A program made the translations under genes and the position numbers. 64,000 nucleotides of DNA from the human T2T-CHM13v2.0 reference genome, Homo sapiens. The stretch is from assembly GCF_009914755.1 (NCBI RefSeq), contig NC_060925.1. One strand, 5' to 3'. Shown in pieces: positions 57,239 to 64,000 of the stretch (position 1 is the first letter of the stretch; each line of letters opens with the position of its first letter). Below the pieces are notes generated by a model. The model saw only the letters and a program-made list of their open reading frames with translations. It did no database searches and was not told where the DNA came from.

Positions 57239-57603
57239 CTGCCCTCACAGTGTGCCACAGACTGGCGGCTTAAACAACAGAAATTGATCGTCTCACAGTC
57301 TGCAGGCTGGAAGTCCAAGATTAAGGGGACATTGGGGTTGGTTTCTGGTAGGGCCTCTCTTCCTGGGTTGCAGACAGCCACCTTCTCACTGCTTCCTCAT
57401 ATAACCATCTATCTAGGCATAGGCACTCCTGGTGTCTCCTCCTCTACTTATAAGGACACCAGTCCTGCTGGGATAGGGTCCCACCCATGTGACCTCACTT
57501 AACCGTAATTACCTCCTTAAAAGTCTGTTTCCAAATACAGTCACATCGGTGGTTAGGGCTTCAACCTATGGATTTGGTGGGGGACACAATTCAGTTCATG
57601 ACA
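57239..57603 (-). mobile_element. MLT1A-like MaLR LTR
   Basis: CCACAGACTGGCGGCTTAAACAACAGAAATT...GGGGACACAATTCAGTTCATGACA. Confidence 0.8.
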
Positions 57604-59353
57604 GAGGAAAATAGGACGGCCCTACCGTGGCTCAGGCTTAGCCTGTGTAGCTGAAGCTCTCCGCCGCTTCCCAAGGGCATGGGATGGAGCAGCTGCAACC
57701 CAAGAGGCTCTCGGCTGGCAGCCTGCCCCATGTGGGGTGAAGCCCCTACGCCTTCCCCCAGCCCTCTCTTCTAGATCTCAATTACTCTTTTCCCAGCGGT
57801 TGGCCGCCTCTTGGGTAAATTGTTCATCAGAAGATGCTCTCCAAAGCATGGGCCACACGCTGTTGTCATTGATTTCATTTTGATTATTCATATTAGTGGA
57901 AGCGCTGCTGCCTTGCCAGGGGCCATAATTAGGGTAAACATCTTGTACGAGGGCTAGGTCAGCATTGGAGTGGGCCCTGGGTTCCTGCGACGGCCACTCC
58001 CAGCCTCGGCTCTGCAAGCCGATCCTCACACAGGCCGCGCTGCAGGCAGCCCTGTCCGCGAGAATGCAGTCCCCGGCCTGTGTTTCACGGGGCAGCCGCA
58101 GGGCTTCTCGGGTAGCTGTAGGAGGACACCTTTCGAGGAGCCAGCATCCTGCTTCCCAGTGGCCAGTGTGACCATCCTGCCTGCCCCTGTCTTGTGGAGC
58201 CCCATGCTGGGGTCTGGCTTATCCCACCCCATGCCAGCCCTTTCTTCTCTCTGGTACTTCCCCTGACCCAGCCTTCCTAGGGATACAGGTCTCTCTCCAC
58301 CACCTGAGCAGACCAGGGACCACCACCAAGGCTCCAACTATGGGGAGCTGCAGAGAGGGTCCCTCTGTCTGGGATTCAGCTCAGGCCATTCTGCCTGAGA
58401 ACGGGGAGTCAGGTACCGCCCGGTGAGGTACAGTGAGCAGGAGGGGACAGATGTGACCCAGAGCCACCAGGACATTACCTTTCTGGGAATTCCTCTTTCT
58501 GTGCCTCCTCCCTTACAAGACATGTCATGACCTTACATGTCATGGGAGGTCACGTGATCAAGTGTACTTTTAACGCGGTTTCCCTTTTGCTGCTTTAAAA
58601 AGGGGAAGGGGCCGAGGGGGAGGCCAGCATGCGTGGCTATTAACCTTCCTTTCATAAAGCGCTTTTTCCCTATAGAAATCTCCCTTCCCACTGATTCATT
58701 CCGTGTTGGGAAGCAGAGCATGACATGTTAAAAGCCGTCTTGATACTATTTGATATTCAGTGCTAACAACTCACCACCTCAGAGGAGGGGCTTTTCTCCA
58801 CCCACCCACCCCCAACACCAGAGCAAGGAGGGAGACAATCTGCATATTGGATGTGCCAAGACAGTAGGTAATTTGCATTAAGCATCTAGAAACTCTCTGC
58901 TTGCAATCTGTCACCCTTCACTGGGTCTTCATTTTATAACGTTCACAACATAAGGAGGAGAACAAGAGGCAGAGAGAATGCGGCTGCCGCACCCCCATCA
59001 GGACTGGAGGAGAAACCTGGCCTGATCGGCGGTTGTCAGAGCAGAGGGGACCCTGATCTGAAATGCCAGGAGACTCTGCCAGCCAGGGGATTCAAAAGCC
59101 TCACTGTGCCAAGACCCAAGACCCTCAAGTGGGGTGTAGCCTGAAGGCCGAAGCCAGAGGTGGGGCTGCCCTGAAAACAGCTCATCTCCACAGACAGCCA
59201 AGTTCAAATTCAGCAGGGATCTTCCCAGAGAACATGTGGCCTGGCTTGGCAAGGGGCACCTGCTCCGAGTTCCCACAGGGAGAGGCTCCCGTGATGAGCT
59301 CTGCTGGGGTTTCTGCTCTTGGACTTGCAGTTCCCTGCTGAGTTTAAGCTTAG

Positions 59354-59430
59354 GACAGAGCTGCGTGTTCTCCCATCCTAACAGCATGTGAGACAGAGCT
59401 GCGTGTTCTCCCATCCTAACGGCACGTGAG
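59354..59430. repeat. 38-bp tandem duplication
   Basis: GACAGAGCTGCGTGTTCTCCCATCCTAAC(A/G)GCA(T/C)GTGA x2. Confidence 0.92.
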
Positions 59431-60291
59431 GAGCCTCTGCAGAGCTCTAAAAAAAATACCTGGCACCACCCCAGACCAATGACATCAGAATCTCCTATCT
59501 AGGGCCTGGGTACAGCCAGAGTAGGGGACCCACAGCTGGAACAGACCACTGCCTGTGCAGCGGTACAGAGGAGAGTCTCAAATCCTGCCCTGTGGCCTCT
59601 GGAATGTGATTTGGGCTGTCACCTCCCCTCCTGAGCCTCTGTTTTCTTATCTGTAAAATGAGTCTGGAAATGTCTGTAAGCCAAGGAGTGCCCTGGGCAT
59701 AGGGACAGGCCAGAGAGCCTGTGACCCCTCATCTTGCCTCCACCAGGTCCTTTCTGCAGTAATCTGTCTTCTGTATTGAATTTCTTGGTAGAGGTTTATT
59801 TAAGAAAAGGGTCCCATAGCTATGATGAGGTTTAAAAAGCCCCTGACCCGGGCCTTCCCTCCAGCTGTCAGGGACAAGGTGCTTAGGGGGATGCTGGAGA
59901 ATTCCTCCAGGGAGCCCAAGATGAAAGCACTGTCCACCTGAAGAAAAGTGGGCTGTCAATGCTGCCACCTGCCTGCCTGCGCCTATCACATGTTCGCCGA
60001 TCACAAGTTCTGAACATGGCGGCTTGGCAAACAGGTGCCACTCAGCCCCACCCATCCCCCTCAGTGACCCACCAGAATCCCAGGCCCCCTGAGAATAAGT
60101 GAAGATGCAGGAGGCAGAGGGTGCTGCAGACCTCAGAGGAGCCTCTTCAGAGTGAAGCAGAGGGAAAGGAAGGGGAGCGGACACCCGGGTCAGGCGACAG
60201 CACACACAGAGAAGGAAAGCAGCACCCTGAAGGTATTCCTGCCAGATCCCAAGCCTCACACATGGGTGATTTCCTTTGAAAAACTATCAGA

Positions 60292-60626
<335 letters not shown>

Positions 60627-60849
60627 CTACACCCAGGAACAGAGGCTTGAGATGAATGGCCACCACAGAGATCTACCCGCAGTGTTCCGGGGCTGAGCCA
60701 TCTGTGGATTTCACAGCAAGAAGCTTCCTGCCACAAGCCCAGTCCCCATAGCATCGGCCAGGCCCCAGGCAGGGCCAGCACTGCCTGCTGGGTGTCACAG
60801 TCATTACTGTCATCACCATCATCACTAGTGATGTTATGACAACAGCTAC

Positions 60850-61005
60850 CCTTTTTTTGGGTATGCACAAAGTGCCAGGCACGTAGATCGTGTTTTCTCC
60901 TGGCCAGTTCTCCAGGCAGGAACTACTATATGCCCACTTTACAAGTGAGGAAACTGAGGCTCAGAGAGGCTAAGTGACTTGCCCAAATCCACACAGCAAG
61001 ATCAA
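60850..61005 (-). mobile_element. MIR SINE
   Basis: GAGGAAACTGAGGCTCAGAGAGGCTAAGTGACTTGCCCAA. Confidence 0.8.
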
Positions 61006-61016
61006 AACCTAGACTC

Positions 61017-61592
<576 letters not shown>

Positions 61593-62764
61593 AAAACTTG
61601 GACTCAAATCCATGTCTGAACCGAGCCAGCTCCTACCTGCCATGTCGACGCTCTCCTTGTCCCCCTACCTTCTAGAGCCCTTCACAGAACTGGGGCCAGT
61701 GCTGCGAGGGTTAGCGGCTGTCCCCCTGGAGCTGGTGGGAGAGGAGCTTCAGCCAAAGGAGGAAGGACATTGCTCTTGTATCGATAAAGCCACTGACCTC
61801 TCCGTATCTCGACCCTGTGCCCGGCTCCTCCGCGCCTGGATCCCCAGCACCAGCTCCAGCCCCAAAGCTGCGAATCCACTGCCTCTGAGCCTGGCCCCAC
61901 TAGAGACAGCTGGATTGCTCCATGTGCCGGACTCAGGACTTAGCGACCCCTTGGCCGGGTCTGCTCCAGCTGAGAAAACTGCTCTGCTGGAAAAGTCGGT
62001 TTAGACTTCCAGCCCCCATCCTGCCAGGCAGGTGGGGAAACCCCAATCCCAACTCCAGGAACTGCAAAAGTGCAGGGAGGAAGGTTGAGCCCAGCTCCCG
62101 GGGTGGCTGTTCAGATGGCTGCCATCAGTCAGCACTGGGCACTGAGCTACCTGATGTCCAGGCCACGTGGGCCCTTCAGTCCCGTCCCCATCTCCCCTGG
62201 CCTCTCCTGCATCTGCACTCCCTTTGGGGCAAAGAAGTCTGGTGAGGGCAGGAAGCCAGAGTCTTACCCCCCAGGGTGGGGCCACCTCCCCACACACTCC
62301 TGGGAGAGGCATTGGTCCTCCCGGCTCGGTGCTTGTTGGTCCACCACCTCTATCCTGAGTCTCCACAAGAAGCTCACAGGCTGGGAAGTCCCTCAGCCTC
62401 CTGTCCACTCTCCTTCTGTCCTTGTTCCCTTTCTCTTCCATTCCAGCACCCCTGGAAGAGCCGCCTCGTGCACTCTGACTTTAGGGAAACAAAAGCAGAA
62501 CTCTATGCGGTCCACTCCCTGGGCTGCACCATAGTGAGGGGGAGCTAAAGAGCTCAGAACCCCCGATGGGAGCAGGGGGTCTGGCGGGGGCAGCCTGGCC
62601 TCCCTTCCCCTCCTCCTCCCCTACTCATCAATTCGCCCCAGGAGCCAGCTCCCCAGCAGTGAGAGGGCTGCCCTCAGGGAGGGCCTGGGTCCTACCCCTT
62701 GGCCCCACCCAGGTCCCCTCTGCACCCACGGGCTCTGACAGCCCCCCTGCCTCTCTCTTCACAG

Positions 62765-62905
62765 TCCATGGCATCAAGTGGACCTGCAGCAATGGGAACA
62801 GCAGCTCAGGCTTCTCGGTGGAACAGCTGGTGCAGCAGATCCTCGACAGCCACCAGACCAAGCCCCAGCCGCGGACCCACAACTGCCTCTGCACCGGCAG
62901 CCTGG
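62765..62905 (+). CDS. CAMTA1: CAMTA1 internal coding exon (exon 8), 141 nt, phase 1 to phase 1
   Basis: Acceptor CTCTCTCTTCACAG|TC. The junction T|TC makes Phe, giving KPM-FHGIKWTCSNGNSSSGFSVEQLVQQILDSHQTKPQPRTHNCLCTGSLG in frame with the 41435-41588 exon. Donor CTGG|GTGAGC. Confidence 0.97.
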
Positions 62906-64000
62906 GTGAGCCGGGGCTCCCGGGGCAGGCGGGCGCCACGGGGACAGAGGGGCCCTACCAGGCAGCCGTCATGGCTGTCCTCTGTGGGAGTAGCCATGAC
63001 ATCTAGTGAGGGAGGAGGGGGACAGTCAGGGACTGGGCGACACCACCGCACCCAGCACAGACACAAGGCAGGCCTTCCGCCTCGTCCTGCCCTGCAACTG
63101 GCTGGCAGTCCGCTCTGGGCAGGAGGGAGCAGTGTCCAGAGGGACAGCTTCCTCCGTGGGGCAAGAACTGGGGGCAGCAGAGTTGGGGAAGCGAGGAGCT
63201 CTGGGGCTCGGGGCCTCTCTGTTCAGGCCCACACTCTTGGGCATCCTCTGCCAGAGGGCACTGGGGTCTTGAGGGAGACGTGCCCTGCGTCAGTGACACC
63301 ACGCAGGCGCAACCTCTTTCTTTAACCTCTGTCTCCTCCAAGAACATGAAGCGTCCCGCGCTCTCCTTCCTAATGTGTCTGTTTTTCTGATAATGGTATT
63401 TGCTCTTTGAAATGTGTGTTCTCCTCTCCCCAGGCTGACTTAATTAGATAGTCCCATTAGAGGGTCGTGTCACTTCTCTGCGCAGTCTTGGTGCATTGAG
63501 GAGTCTTGGTGGTGAGGCCATAACAGGATCAGGGAGAATTTGCCCTTTCATCAAAAGTAAAGTGACCCTTATCGGATGAAATGAAAATGGTAAAAATATC
63601 CAATGGGAGGGAGAGAAAAGCCGTCCTGGCTGCCGGGGCTGGAGGAGCTGCCAGGGAGGCTTTGCCAAGCTCAGAAACGTTCGGCTCCTGAGGCTTGTAC
63701 GTCTGAAATGAGGAGCAAGGGCTCTGTCCCTACTTAGGACCTAGAAGGATTTTTGTACCCCAGAGAGCTGAGGGTAGGCCTGGGCTTAGGTACCTTTCCG
63801 CCTCTGGAGCAGGGTCGAGAACCCTCTTTGGTCCTGAGGCCTGAGAGCTGGTCCCGAGACTGCATTTCCATCACCTCCCCATTGACCTCTGGTTGCCAGG
63901 CCCCAGGGGTGGCTCCTCACTGGGGCATGGCCTGAGCAGCTGTGGGAAGTTGGGGAGGGGAGGTGGGGCAGGATACGAACGTAGCCACTCTCACCAGGCT

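Noticed and set aside
62566-63325. 146-aa and 208-aa ORFs around exon 8
   Set aside because: Only 62765-62905 is exonic; the 208-aa ORF is an alternative frame of GC-rich sequence.

Overview
This is primate (almost certainly human) genomic DNA from inside CAMTA1 (calmodulin-binding transcription activator 1), transcribed on the + strand. It contains only two coding exons: 41435-41588 (154 nt, NPDIVLVHYLNV...LKPM, the end of the CG-1 DNA-binding domain) and 62765-62905 (141 nt). They splice in frame and correspond to exons 7 and 8 by my recollection of the reference numbering. The rest is intron. At the left end is an antisense L1PA4-like element with an intact 5' end, ORF0 and antisense-promoter splice sites. 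It is interrupted by an antisense SVA with a 16-bp target-site duplication (TSD) and an unexplained 5' (GGAA)18 extension. Other repeats include a solo ERV1 LTR, about 14 Alus, MER20/MER5A, MIR/L2/MaLR relics, an ancient CR1/L3 fossil with a legible FADD motif, and several tandem repeats. The best leads are: (1) a ~900-bp intron-7 minisatellite whose 21-bp unit carries a near-consensus 5' splice site, about 22 GTRAGT copies on the sense strand; (2) a candidate poison exon after exon 8 with an immediate in-frame TGA; (3) an L1 antisense promoter/ORF0 pointing into the CAMTA1 exons, with the ORF0 donor in phase with exon 8; (4) the SVA 5' extension. Repeat subfamily names are from memory of consensus sequences, and all functional claims are untested inference.
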